Shown here: one piece after another, positions 9,184 through 17,664 of the stretch
Layout: the number at the start of each line of letters is the position of its first letter
Position numbering within the stretch: position 1 is the stretch's first letter
Assembly: GCA_050246815.1 (NCBI GenBank)
Contig: JBFWVI010000026.1
Coordinates: 22,819-43,953, forward strand
Reading direction: 5' to 3'
From: Bdellovibrionales bacterium
GTDB taxonomy: Bacteria > Bdellovibrionota > Bdellovibrionia > Bdellovibrionales > UBA1609
DNA length: 21,135 bases
Translations under genes and position numbers: made by a program
The notes under the pieces: generated by a model
Told to the model about the DNA's origin: nothing
The model's input: the letters and a program-made list of their open reading frames with translations, nothing else
The model's database searches: none

Positions 9184-9277
9184 CTCTTTGTGAAGGGCAA
9201 ACCGCCGGAAACGGCGGGACGCAAAACCATGAGGCTACAGCCCCTGAAAAGGCCAGGCCCGTCAGGTCGCCAAAGAG
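9184..9277 (+). promoter_or_regulatory. c-di-GMP-I (GEMM-I) riboswitch aptamer
   Basis: GGGCAAACCGCCG-GAAA-CGGCGGGACGCAAAACC matches the GEMM consensus (GGCAAACC..GNRA..GGGACGCAAA). The 3' end reads GGTCGCC, and CTCTTTG/CAAAGAG can form the closing helix. Confidence 0.92.
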
Positions 9278-9318
9278 ATTGATTTTGGTGCAACAACAAA
9301 TGAGGAAGCATCGGTTAG

Positions 9319-9348
9319 AACCCGCCACAGTGTTGGCGGGTTTTTTTT
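9319..9348 (+). terminator. Intrinsic terminator
   Basis: (AA)CCCGCCA-cagtgt-TGGCGGG followed by T8. Confidence 0.92.
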
Positions 9349-9355
9349 AAAGGTC

Positions 9356-9379
9356 GCTGCTTCTTTTGGCAGGAGCAGC
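9356..9379. terminator. Hairpin just past the mrp stop; possible terminator or 3' stabiliser of mrp mRNA
   Basis: GCTGCTTCT-tttggc-AGGAGCAGC; no good U-tract on either strand. Confidence 0.35.
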
Positions 9380-9385
9380 CCCCGC

Positions 9386-10150
9386 TCAAAGACCTCCCGC
9401 TAATTGATTGAATGCTTTAGCTTCGACTGAACTTGGGCTACTGTCCACAGCCGGAATCCCAGCTTCACAGGCCAAAGCCACTTGTGGATTGAATGGCACT
9501 TCAGCCAACCTTTTAATTCCCCGGCTGTCCAGAAAGGCATGCAGCTCCCCCCGCGGGAACAGCTGCACCTTTTCACCACCAACTTCCATGTAGGCCATGT
9601 TTTCGACCACCCCCAAAACAGGGATTTTAACTTGTTCGAACATGCTGATGGCCTTTTTGGCGTCAGTCAGCGCCATATTTTGCGGTGTGCAGACCACAAT
9701 CGCCCCGTCGACGGGTACTTTTTGCGCCACCGTCAGGGCCACATCGCCTGTGCCAGGCGGCAAATCGATGATTAAATAATCCAGTTCTCCCCATGCCACA
9801 TCACGAAAGAACTGTTCCATGGCCTTAAACAGCATTGGCCCCCGCCAAACCACAGCCATCTCTTCATCCACCATAAAGCCGATGCTCATCAACTTGATGC
9901 CATGGCGAACCAAGGGGGCAATTTTTTGACTGGAGTCCATGTCTGGCCGCTGATGAAGAGCCCCAAACAAACGAGGCACGCTGGGACCGTAAATATCAGC
10001 ATCCAGTAAACCAACTTTGTGTCCCGCATTCTTTAAGGCGACAGCCAAGTTGGCCGCCACGGTGCTTTTGCCCACCCCGCCCTTGCCCGAGCCGACGGCG
10101 ATGATTTTACGCACACCAGGAATGGAAGCTTGTTGTGAGAACGGATTCAT
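9386..10150 (-). CDS. mrp: Mrp/ApbC/NBP35-family P-loop ATPase
   Basis: GSGKGGVGKST, LLDADIYGPS, VVWRGPML, WGELDYLIIDLPPGTGD, GVVENM. ATG 10150 follows GAGG. Confidence 0.93.
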   Translation of the reverse strand: MNPFSQQASIPGVRKIIAVGSGKGGVGKSTVAANLAVALKNAGHKVGLLDADIYGPSVPRLFGALHQRPDMDSSQKIAPLVRHGIKLMSIGFMVDEEMAVVWRGPMLFKAMEQFFRDVAWGELDYLIIDLPPGTGDVALTVAQKVPVDGAIVVCTPQNMALTDAKKAISMFEQVKIPVLGVVENMAYMEVGGEKVQLFPRGELHAFLDSRGIKRLAEVPFNPQVALACEAGIPAVDSSPSSVEAKAFNQLAGGL

Positions 10151-10239
10151 AGGCACCTCGTAAAAGTGAAGCCTTTTTCGCACGGAAGTCTGTCCACGGC
10201 AACCCCCGAACTTCCTGGACCAGGTCCCTTGACCTGGGC

Positions 10240-10268
10240 TTGCTAGGTCTTAAATCGCATTTGATAAT
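10240..10268 (+). promoter_or_regulatory. Putative sigma70 promoter
   Basis: TTGCTA (10240-10245), 17-bp spacer, GATAAT (10263-10268), in a divergent intergenic region. Confidence 0.5.
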
Positions 10269-10275
10269 GGGTTTC

Positions 10276-10701
10276 ATGGAGTATCTGAATCTCGAAAACT
10301 TCCTCTGGCTGCAGGCCGGCTTGGTCGTCGTGGGCATTGCCTACCTGCTTCGCCGCGGAAAACGCCAGGGCGTACAGTTTCGCTGGCGTCCACGAGCCGA
10401 GCGTATGATCCCCACCGAGATGGCGAACGCTCCACGCATGTGGGACAACCGTGTGCCACAGCGACACAAGCCATCTTCGGGAGTGACGGATTCACCTGGA
10501 CCGAATGGGGAGCGCGCCCTGAACGTGCACTTTAATTTCAACGGTCACTCTTGGGATGCCTTCGAAGTTTTGGGCCTGCCCGCCGGCAGTTCGGCTGAAA
10601 AAGTCGACGACGCCTTACGCAAGGTTTTGTCACAAAGCCAAAATGAGTCTCACGAATTTTACAAGATGGCTCACGATGCCATCCGCAAACAAAACCGATA
10701 A
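10276..10701 (+). CDS. Membrane-anchored hypothetical protein with a degenerate J-domain-like C-terminus
   Basis: N-terminal TM (FLWLQAGLVVVGIAYLL-RRGKR). C-terminal WDAFEVLGLPAGSSAEKVDDALRK resembles J-domain helices I-II, with no HPD. ATG 10267 is an alternative start. Confidence 0.8.
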   Translation: MEYLNLENFLWLQAGLVVVGIAYLLRRGKRQGVQFRWRPRAERMIPTEMANAPRMWDNRVPQRHKPSSGVTDSPGPNGERALNVHFNFNGHSWDAFEVLGLPAGSSAEKVDDALRKVLSQSQNESHEFYKMAHDAIRKQNR

Positions 10702-10702
10702 A

Positions 10703-12628
10703 TTAGCGCGGAATAACCAACTCACTACCCGCCAATAAGCGCGATTTGTTTTTGATCTGATTTTGCTTGGCAATAGCGCCCACCGAAACCCGATATCGCC
10801 CGGCAATGGCCGCCAAGGTTTCGCCCTTGGCCACAGTGTGTTTTTGCACCCGGTTTTTAGCCACTGATTTTTTGTTCTTTTTGGTGGTCAGATTGGCGTC
10901 TTGGCTGACTTTGGCAATCTTTGAGCCCCCAGCTACTTTGGGCGCGATCTTTTTGGCCACCTTCACAGCCTTGGCTTTGTTGGCTGCTACTTTTTTCGAC
11001 TTGCCGGCAGGGCCCTCTTTGGCCTTTTCGCTTTTTGCGATTTTGCTAGGCACGACAGCCAGTGTTCGGCGGCTATCTTGGGCCGAATTGGATTTGCTGG
11101 CTTCAATTTCGCCTTCATCTTTCAAACGCAAAGTTTGGCCGGCGCGCAAAACCGCGCGGCTGTTCAGACGATTCAAGCGTCGAAGTCGGCCAACCGACAG
11201 ACCGTATTTGCGTGCAATTATGGTCAGGTTTTCACCACGGCGAACAACATGCTTTTGCGGCGGCTCAACATCGGCTTGATCGGGCTCACGCGCCTCACTG
11301 ACCACGGCCGCGGCGGCCGCGCCTTGCCGTTGTGATTCGGTGGCGGCCAAAAGCTTCGGGTTGCTGGCCACGGTTTTAGGAATTTCGGGAGTATCGGCAG
11401 CATCATCAGGACCGTCTGGACCCTCATTGTTGCTTGCCAGGTCTTCATAAGCAGGCATTTCATAGGTCACAAAACTGCCACCGCGGTCGGGCACTTTCAG
11501 CTTTTGCCCCACGCGAAGAAGCGTGCGATTGCCCAAACCATTAAGCCTCTTCAAGTTTGCGATGGACGTGCGGTGTTTTCGAGCGATGGTCGAGAGGGAA
11601 TCCCCTCGACGAATCCGGTAAAAGTAGTGTTCCGCAGCGATGACCTTCGGTGCTGCACTAAACGACTGCGGAATAGCCTGGGCTACCACTTTGCTTTGCC
11701 CGACCGGCACGCGAATCATGGTGTCCGCGCCACGATACTGAGGCACATAGTCGCCGCGAAACTTGGGATTCAAAAGTTTCAGCGTTTCCACGTCGATGTT
11801 GGCGCTTTGGGCCAGCTTGCTCATGCTGACCGGGTTGACCAGTTGAACTGTGTCAAAGGAGAGCGGCGCCTCGTAAGGGATATTGGTGAAACCATATTTC
11901 GCCGGATCTTTGGCGATCAAAGTGGCGGCGATAAATTTAGGCACGTAGTGTTTGGTCTCTTTGGGAAAGGCCCGACGATTTTTGATCAGGGCCCAAAAAT
12001 CGCGACTGCGATATTTGTTCACCACACGATACACCCGGTTTTCACCGACGTTGTAGGCCGCCATAGACAAATGCCACGAATTCAACATTCCATAAAGAGT
12101 CTTAAAGTACTCGGCGGCCGCACGAGTCGACAACACCGGGTCACGGCGCTCATCAATAAACGGATCCACCATCAAACCGTAACGTTTGCCGGTGGCGCGA
12201 ATGAATTGCCAATAGCCGACCGCATTGGCATGGGAGTGCGCCAGGGGACTAAATCCTGATTCAATTAAAGCGATGTAGACCAGATCTTCAGGCAGACCGT
12301 TTTCACGCAAGGTGTTTTTCATCATCGGCAGATAGCGGCTTGAGCGCTGCAAATAGACTTCCATGTAACGGCGGCCGCGCCCCTGAAAGTACTTGATCCA
12401 CTGCTGGGTCAAAGGGGTTTCATCCAAGGCAATTTCGCCCAGCGGCGAAACATAGGGCTTAGCAATGTTGGCCATGACCTGATTGGATGCCTGTTCGGCA
12501 CCCGAGATCTGAACGCCCAGGGGCTCGCCGGTGCTGCTGGATTTGCCCCGTAAAGAGGCGCAACCACTGATTAATAACGCTAGCGACACGGCCAATGCAG
12601 ACCGTTGAATCTGACTTTTTTGTACCAT
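10703..12628 (-). CDS. mltD: MltD-like lytic transglycosylase lipoprotein with three LysM domains
   Basis: Lipobox LISGC after ATG 12628. SLT motifs IALIESGF, AVGYWQFI, DERRDP, AAYNVGE, ETKHYVPKF. LysM repeats YRIRRGDSLSTIA, HVVRRGENLTIIA, HTVAKGETLAAIA. Confidence 0.92.
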   Translation of the reverse strand: MVQKSQIQRSALAVSLALLISGCASLRGKSSSTGEPLGVQISGAEQASNQVMANIAKPYVSPLGEIALDETPLTQQWIKYFQGRGRRYMEVYLQRSSRYLPMMKNTLRENGLPEDLVYIALIESGFSPLAHSHANAVGYWQFIRATGKRYGLMVDPFIDERRDPVLSTRAAAEYFKTLYGMLNSWHLSMAAYNVGENRVYRVVNKYRSRDFWALIKNRRAFPKETKHYVPKFIAATLIAKDPAKYGFTNIPYEAPLSFDTVQLVNPVSMSKLAQSANIDVETLKLLNPKFRGDYVPQYRGADTMIRVPVGQSKVVAQAIPQSFSAAPKVIAAEHYFYRIRRGDSLSTIARKHRTSIANLKRLNGLGNRTLLRVGQKLKVPDRGGSFVTYEMPAYEDLASNNEGPDGPDDAADTPEIPKTVASNPKLLAATESQRQGAAAAAVVSEAREPDQADVEPPQKHVVRRGENLTIIARKYGLSVGRLRRLNRLNSRAVLRAGQTLRLKDEGEIEASKSNSAQDSRRTLAVVPSKIAKSEKAKEGPAGKSKKVAANKAKAVKVAKKIAPKVAGGSKIAKVSQDANLTTKKNKKSVAKNRVQKHTVAKGETLAAIAGRYRVSVGAIAKQNQIKNKSRLLAGSELVIPR

Positions 12629-12742
12629 ATCTTCTAACTGTAACGAAGGGGCGCCGTCACCGCAACCCAAGTTGCCGACTTCATCACAATGAAACAACAA
12701 TATCGACACAACCTAGACCTTGGACGCGCCGCCCGCACAGCC

Positions 12743-15040
12743 TTAAGACTGTGGGATTTGCCACAGAGGATTGGCCAATTTCACCTCACCCTTGCCGATC
12801 ATTTGATAGATTAACAAGTTGCGCAAAATTGCCTTCACGTAAGAGCAGGTTTCATCCCAAGGAAGCTCATCAATCCACATCTCATCTTCTGGGGCTGAAG
12901 AAAGCTTGCCTTCGATGTCACCCAAATCAGCGCGTGCCGCTAACCACTTACGTAGCCGCCCCGTGCCCGCATTGTAAGCCGCCAACGACAATGGCACATG
13001 TCCCTTATAGGCCTTCACCAGTCGCGCCAGATAGGCCGAGCCAATGCGAATATTGATATCGGGATTAAACAAGTCGTCGGGCAAAACCAAAGCCGGCTTC
13101 CACCTTTGCATCTGCGCCACTTCTTGTGCCGTGGCTGGCAGCACTTGCATCACGCCCATGGCATTGGCGGTGCTGGTGACCTTGGGACGAAAGGTGCTCT
13201 CTTGACGGATCAACCCGCGGATCAAATCTTCATCCAAACCTGAACTTTTACTGTTTTGCGTGATCGCCGCCTGAAATTCAAAGGGGAATGCCGATTTGGC
13301 TTGGGACCACTGAAATAAATCCGGCCGTTTCGTCCACACGTCATTGAACAACCGAACCGCATCGTAATGATCAAATGCCGTGGCAAAAAGCCTTGCCCGC
13401 ACCAATTTATCCTCAGCGGTTAAGGGTTCCGGCAATTGTTCCAGCTCGGCTTGGGCCTCATCAAACCAACCGGCCCTCAGCAACAGTTGCAAACGCTCCC
13501 AAGCCTGGCTTTGCGTTTCAGTCAGCCACAACTCACTTTTCATCGAACCCGCGCTAGACGACGCTTGGGCCGGCTTGGGGGTGGCAAAAGTCAAAAGGCC
13601 ATTGTTCAATTCGGCACGCGCGCGCAAACCGTAATAGGTCAAAGGATATTTGCTGATCAAACGCTCAGCTATGGTCTTAACTTCACTGCCTTTTAGTTTC
13701 TGCTGAGCCCGCCAATGCCAATGCAGGGCCAAATACTCCCAATCGGTACCGGGAGCCAGTGACAACAAGCGTTCAAAATAAGCCGAGGCATCAGCGTATT
13801 TTTTAGCCCGCAAACGTATCAACCCTAAGCGGAACATAGCTTGGCGCGATTCATCACTACCACCGTGCTGTTCAGTCAGGCGCTCGAACCAGCGCTCGGC
13901 GCTACCTAGATCACCGGCGTAAAAAGCTGAATTCGCGGCAAGCAAAATGGCCTTGGTCGAATCGGGTTGCCCGCCGTACTTGTTGACTGCGGCCTCACTT
14001 AAACGTTGGGCGTCTTTATAAAAACTTTTAACATAGGCGTTATTGGCCCAGCGAAACAAACGCGTGGCGTCGGCTCGCACCATGATTTCGACCGCGCGCT
14101 CGCGTAGCGTTGGGTAATTGCCTTCGGCCTTTGCGCCCAAGCTTAAATAGACTTCTAAAATACGATCTCCAGCCCATTTGGCTGAAGTGCTGCCCGGAAT
14201 TTTTTCGATCAGCTTCACACCATCTTCGACGGCTGAAATCAAGTCGCCGGATTTTAACGCCAACTCCATACGATCTGAGATTTCTTTTTCGCCGCTGACC
14301 ATAGCCATGTTGTTAGCCGTGGTCTCGGCAGCCTCGGGTTTGGGCTCCTCTTTTTTGCCTGACAGAGCAGCCCGCACCGAATCCAAGCGGCGACGCACGT
14401 CGGCCGATTCTTTTTCACTCAGACTGCGCGAATACAAATCAACGGCCAGGCTTACGTTTTGCTCGACAAAGGCCAATTCACCACCAGCGCGATACATGCG
14501 AGCTTTTTGATCTGCGTTTAAATCACGCACCCACTGCTGAAGCACGTCATAAGAATTCCAGGCTTGGCGGCGCTGATTTTTGATTTGCCTTTCAAACCTC
14601 ACCAACTGACCCTCAAGGTAATTGGGCTTAAGCATAGGCACTTGCGGGCCATTTAAAAGCCAGCGCGGATTTTGATCGACGTAAGCCAGGGCTGTGACCA
14701 ACGGCGTGATGTCTTTGCCGTCAAGTTGCGCCAACTTCAACGCACAATCCAATTCGACCACGGCCAACCAGGTTTTCAACCCCGGTGATTTGGCCGCCAG
14801 CTTTCTTGAGGCCCCGTAACATTCAGCATGTTTTTTACTGACCTGGGCACGGCGCAGATTCACCAACTGTTCCGCAATCGGTGGGCCTTTGATTTTAGCC
14901 TTCAAATCAAACATCCAGCGGGGCGCGCTTATGTCCTGGTCAAAAGAAAAAGTCACGGCACGCAGTTTGGCCTCGGCCTGAAAACTTAAGGCCAAAACCC
15001 AACTGACCCAAATTCGTGACGTCCACTTTGAGACTTTCAA
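12743..15040 (-). CDS. Slt-family lytic transglycosylase with N-terminal TPR region
   Basis: Signal peptide ending AEA; helical TPR-like repeats; C-terminal LIRQESTF, AMGVMQVLPATA, NIRIGSAYL, AAYNAG, ETCSYV. TTG start follows AAGGTG. Confidence 0.92.
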   Translation of the reverse strand: MKVSKWTSRIWVSWVLALSFQAEAKLRAVTFSFDQDISAPRWMFDLKAKIKGPPIAEQLVNLRRAQVSKKHAECYGASRKLAAKSPGLKTWLAVVELDCALKLAQLDGKDITPLVTALAYVDQNPRWLLNGPQVPMLKPNYLEGQLVRFERQIKNQRRQAWNSYDVLQQWVRDLNADQKARMYRAGGELAFVEQNVSLAVDLYSRSLSEKESADVRRRLDSVRAALSGKKEEPKPEAAETTANNMAMVSGEKEISDRMELALKSGDLISAVEDGVKLIEKIPGSTSAKWAGDRILEVYLSLGAKAEGNYPTLRERAVEIMVRADATRLFRWANNAYVKSFYKDAQRLSEAAVNKYGGQPDSTKAILLAANSAFYAGDLGSAERWFERLTEQHGGSDESRQAMFRLGLIRLRAKKYADASAYFERLLSLAPGTDWEYLALHWHWRAQQKLKGSEVKTIAERLISKYPLTYYGLRARAELNNGLLTFATPKPAQASSSAGSMKSELWLTETQSQAWERLQLLLRAGWFDEAQAELEQLPEPLTAEDKLVRARLFATAFDHYDAVRLFNDVWTKRPDLFQWSQAKSAFPFEFQAAITQNSKSSGLDEDLIRGLIRQESTFRPKVTSTANAMGVMQVLPATAQEVAQMQRWKPALVLPDDLFNPDINIRIGSAYLARLVKAYKGHVPLSLAAYNAGTGRLRKWLAARADLGDIEGKLSSAPEDEMWIDELPWDETCSYVKAILRNLLIYQMIGKGEVKLANPLWQIPQS

Positions 15041-15059
15041 ACTTCACCTTTCGGTTCTG

Positions 15060-16979
15060 TTAAGCCGGTCCTTCGACTTTTTCATCTTCGGGTTTTTGGC
15101 TGGCCATGGCCGCCGCCCGCAAACTTAGACTGCTTAACTCTTTCAAGAGCGCTTTCAAAGCTTTTTTCTCTTTGCGCTCGCCCACCAGGTTTTCTGGAGC
15201 AAAACTCAAAAGCTCCAAGATTTGCAGAAGTTTAGTGGCGGGATCGGTCAGCTCGCGACGCACACTGGGGGGCAAATCGAGTAAAAGTTTACTGATCTCT
15301 TGACCCGCCCCGCCTTGTTCCGAGAGTTGTCCTAGCACGAAATACAGCAAATTAGTACCCTGCACGCCAACCCCGCGCCAATCTCCCTTGTCAGCGCAGA
15401 CGTTGATGGACTCAAGTCGCTTGTTAACCAACTTCAGCATGTCCTGGCGGCGCCGAAACAACTCCGCACTGGAAATCAACCGCCACGCCAAACCCGCCAG
15501 CACCAGCACGTACAAAAAGGTCCACATCACCCAACGCGGCAAAACCGAAACACTCGTCCCAGCCTCCCAGCTCATCGCCAATGGGGGCAATGACGGATCA
15601 CTCGATTTATTTTGAGCTTTGCCGCCATCCGCCATGGGCGTGCTGGCACCCGCTTGGGGCGCCACACCCGGCAACACATTCAGTGTAACAGATTGAGTGC
15701 TAACCGGATAAAACTTACCGCTGCCTGGCTCAAAGGCGCTAAAGGTGATCGCCGGTAGCACCACTTGGCCTGCCTGACGAGGAATCAGAACCAACTCAAA
15801 TTCTTTGTAGCTTGTGCCCTCGCGAAAAAATTTAGCCTCGTTTTTGGTGTCATAAATTTCAATGCCAGCTGGCAAATCAAGCGCCGGTAAATCGATGAGT
15901 TTGGCGTTACCCCGCCCCTCAAAACGAATTTTGTACGAAAGCGGCTGATGGGCCGCCACTGTCGTTTCGGCTACGGACGCTTTGGCGGTGAACTGCCCCA
16001 CCGCGCCGGTGTAATTGGCCGGGCGATTGTCTTTGGGCACATCTTGCACTTGGATCTGAATGGGTTTGCTGACTTTGGTGAACTGATACGGCCGACTGAA
16101 TCCAAAGTTCGACGGCACCGTGACCGTGCACTTGGCCTTGTATGAATCCACAGTGGAATTGCCCGCTTTGATCGGGAACAACGCGTAACTGGCCAGCAGC
16201 GCTTTTTGGTAGACAATGCCGTTGACCACTTCTTGCTGAAAATTCAAACGCGTGGCCAGTTCGATTTCTTCTTTCCAAAACCCATTCAGCGACGGATATT
16301 TGAGCGTGTCGATGTCATGGATCTGTCCGCGGGTGTACAAATACCACGAGGCCGTCACCTGCTCGCCCGCATAGGCCTTGGTTTTGTCGACGTCCACTTG
16401 AATAAAAAAGGCCTCCTCAGGATTCACGGGTTGAGTGCGCGTGCCACCGCCGCCGCCTCGCCCCAAACGTCGCTGCAACAGCTGATTGAAAATGTCTTCG
16501 ACATCTTCAAAGGTACCGGGTGTTTGATCTTGTTTGGCCTGTGGCGGTGCCGCGCGGCCCTCAAGCACCCTTAATGTAATCGGCTGGGTTTGGTAGGGTT
16601 TGCCCTCGACGACCACGGCGATTGACGGAATTTTGAAAGTGCCCGCTTTTGAAGCCGAAAGCATGTAATTGAAGTTTCGCGACTGCACCACTTCAAAGGT
16701 GCCATTGGCGTAAGTCGAACGGCTTTCAACGCCACTCCATTGATTGATCAATTCAAAACCGTTCGCGCTTAAATTGGGAAGCGACGGGTCGGCGATGTTG
16801 AGGCTCGATTCCGAAGCCACTTCGATGGTGAAAGTGAATGTGTCGCCCACCCCCATCTCATTGCGGTCGACAGAACCTGTGACCTGCACAGGCTTTGCCA
16901 ACGCTAAGCTTGGCGTCAACAGACTCAAACTTAAAATCCATCTTAAAATATTCAAAGAAAAGCTACCACTGTTTGTCAC
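15060..16979 (-). CDS. batD: BatD-family protein
   Basis: Signal peptide, repeated Ig-like modules (VDRNEMGVGDTFT, VDKTKAYAGEQV, YTGAVGQF, EGRGN), C-terminal TM helix, and position after batABC. GTG start overlaps the preceding gene by 17 nt. Confidence 0.88.
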   Translation of the reverse strand: MTNSGSFSLNILRWILSLSLLTPSLALAKPVQVTGSVDRNEMGVGDTFTFTIEVASESSLNIADPSLPNLSANGFELINQWSGVESRSTYANGTFEVVQSRNFNYMLSASKAGTFKIPSIAVVVEGKPYQTQPITLRVLEGRAAPPQAKQDQTPGTFEDVEDIFNQLLQRRLGRGGGGGTRTQPVNPEEAFFIQVDVDKTKAYAGEQVTASWYLYTRGQIHDIDTLKYPSLNGFWKEEIELATRLNFQQEVVNGIVYQKALLASYALFPIKAGNSTVDSYKAKCTVTVPSNFGFSRPYQFTKVSKPIQIQVQDVPKDNRPANYTGAVGQFTAKASVAETTVAAHQPLSYKIRFEGRGNAKLIDLPALDLPAGIEIYDTKNEAKFFREGTSYKEFELVLIPRQAGQVVLPAITFSAFEPGSGKFYPVSTQSVTLNVLPGVAPQAGASTPMADGGKAQNKSSDPSLPPLAMSWEAGTSVSVLPRWVMWTFLYVLVLAGLAWRLISSAELFRRRQDMLKLVNKRLESINVCADKGDWRGVGVQGTNLLYFVLGQLSEQGGAGQEISKLLLDLPPSVRRELTDPATKLLQILELLSFAPENLVGERKEKKALKALLKELSSLSLRAAAMASQKPEDEKVEGPA

Positions 16980-17664
16980 GGGGCCGCTCCTTTACGCCTT
17001 TTGAGTAATGGTCGCTGCGAACACGTTGCTCTTGGGCTTTTAATTCCTCTAAAACTTTACGTACGGTTTCTTGTGACAGCTCTTGGCTTTCAAATGGTTT
17101 GGGTTGCTGTTTTTTTTGCTCTTCTTGTTTGTCACCAGCACCCTGCTCGCCCTGTTTGTCTTCGGGCTTGTCACTGCCGCCGCCTTCGCCGCTGTTATTT
17201 TGCCCTTGTTGCTTTTGGTCGCCCTTGCCGCCGCCTTTGCCCTGTTGTTGCTGCCACAAAAGTTCAATGTTGGTTTTCACTTCGATCGAATCGGGCTGGA
17301 TCTCCAAAGCGCCTTGATAGGCATTTAAAGCCGCCGCCAAGTCCCCCTTGGCGCCCAGCTCAACACCTTGATTGAACAGGGCCATAAACTTGATCTGCTT
17401 GTCATCGCCTGCCAACTGTTCGGCCATTTTGTATTCAGACAAGGCCTTGTCGGGCTCTTTGTTCAATGAATAGGTCAAACCCAAATTCAACCGAATGGTG
17501 GGATCAAAAGAGTCTTCGGCCGCAGCCTCGGCAAATTTTTGATAAGCGCCGTATTGATTTTCTTTCACTAGGCTTTTCACGCCTTCGTTGTTGGGGCCAA
17601 TGGCATTAAAGTTGGCCGCCTGAACGGAAAGGCTTAAGAGCCCTAGCGCGAAGAGGTGCATCAT
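16963..17664 (-). CDS. batC: BatC-like TPR protein with Q/E/K-rich tail
   Basis: Signal peptide, TPRs (RLNLGLTY, LFNQGV, ALEIQPDSIEVKTNIEL), low-complexity Gln-rich linker, terminal KQW. ATG 17664 overlaps the batB stop (ATGA). Confidence 0.82.
   Translation of the reverse strand: MMHLFALGLLSLSVQAANFNAIGPNNEGVKSLVKENQYGAYQKFAEAAAEDSFDPTIRLNLGLTYSLNKEPDKALSEYKMAEQLAGDDKQIKFMALFNQGVELGAKGDLAAALNAYQGALEIQPDSIEVKTNIELLWQQQQGKGGGKGDQKQQGQNNSGEGGGSDKPEDKQGEQGAGDKQEEQKKQQPKPFESQELSQETVRKVLEELKAQEQRVRSDHYSKGVKERPRDKQW

Larger units (their letters stand above)
9020..9348 (+). ncRNA. Stand-alone riboswitch-containing small RNA (merRNA-like); 5' end inferred
   Basis: Structured intergenic stretch between a candidate promoter and a strong terminator. 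It contains a c-di-GMP-I aptamer, and the next gene is convergent. Confidence 0.65.

Noticed and set aside
8927..9350. ORFs 8927-9193 (+), 9159-9350 (+) and 9134-9328 (-)
   Set aside because: No convincing SD or protein features, and they cross the repeat, aptamer or terminator. An RNA explains the region better.
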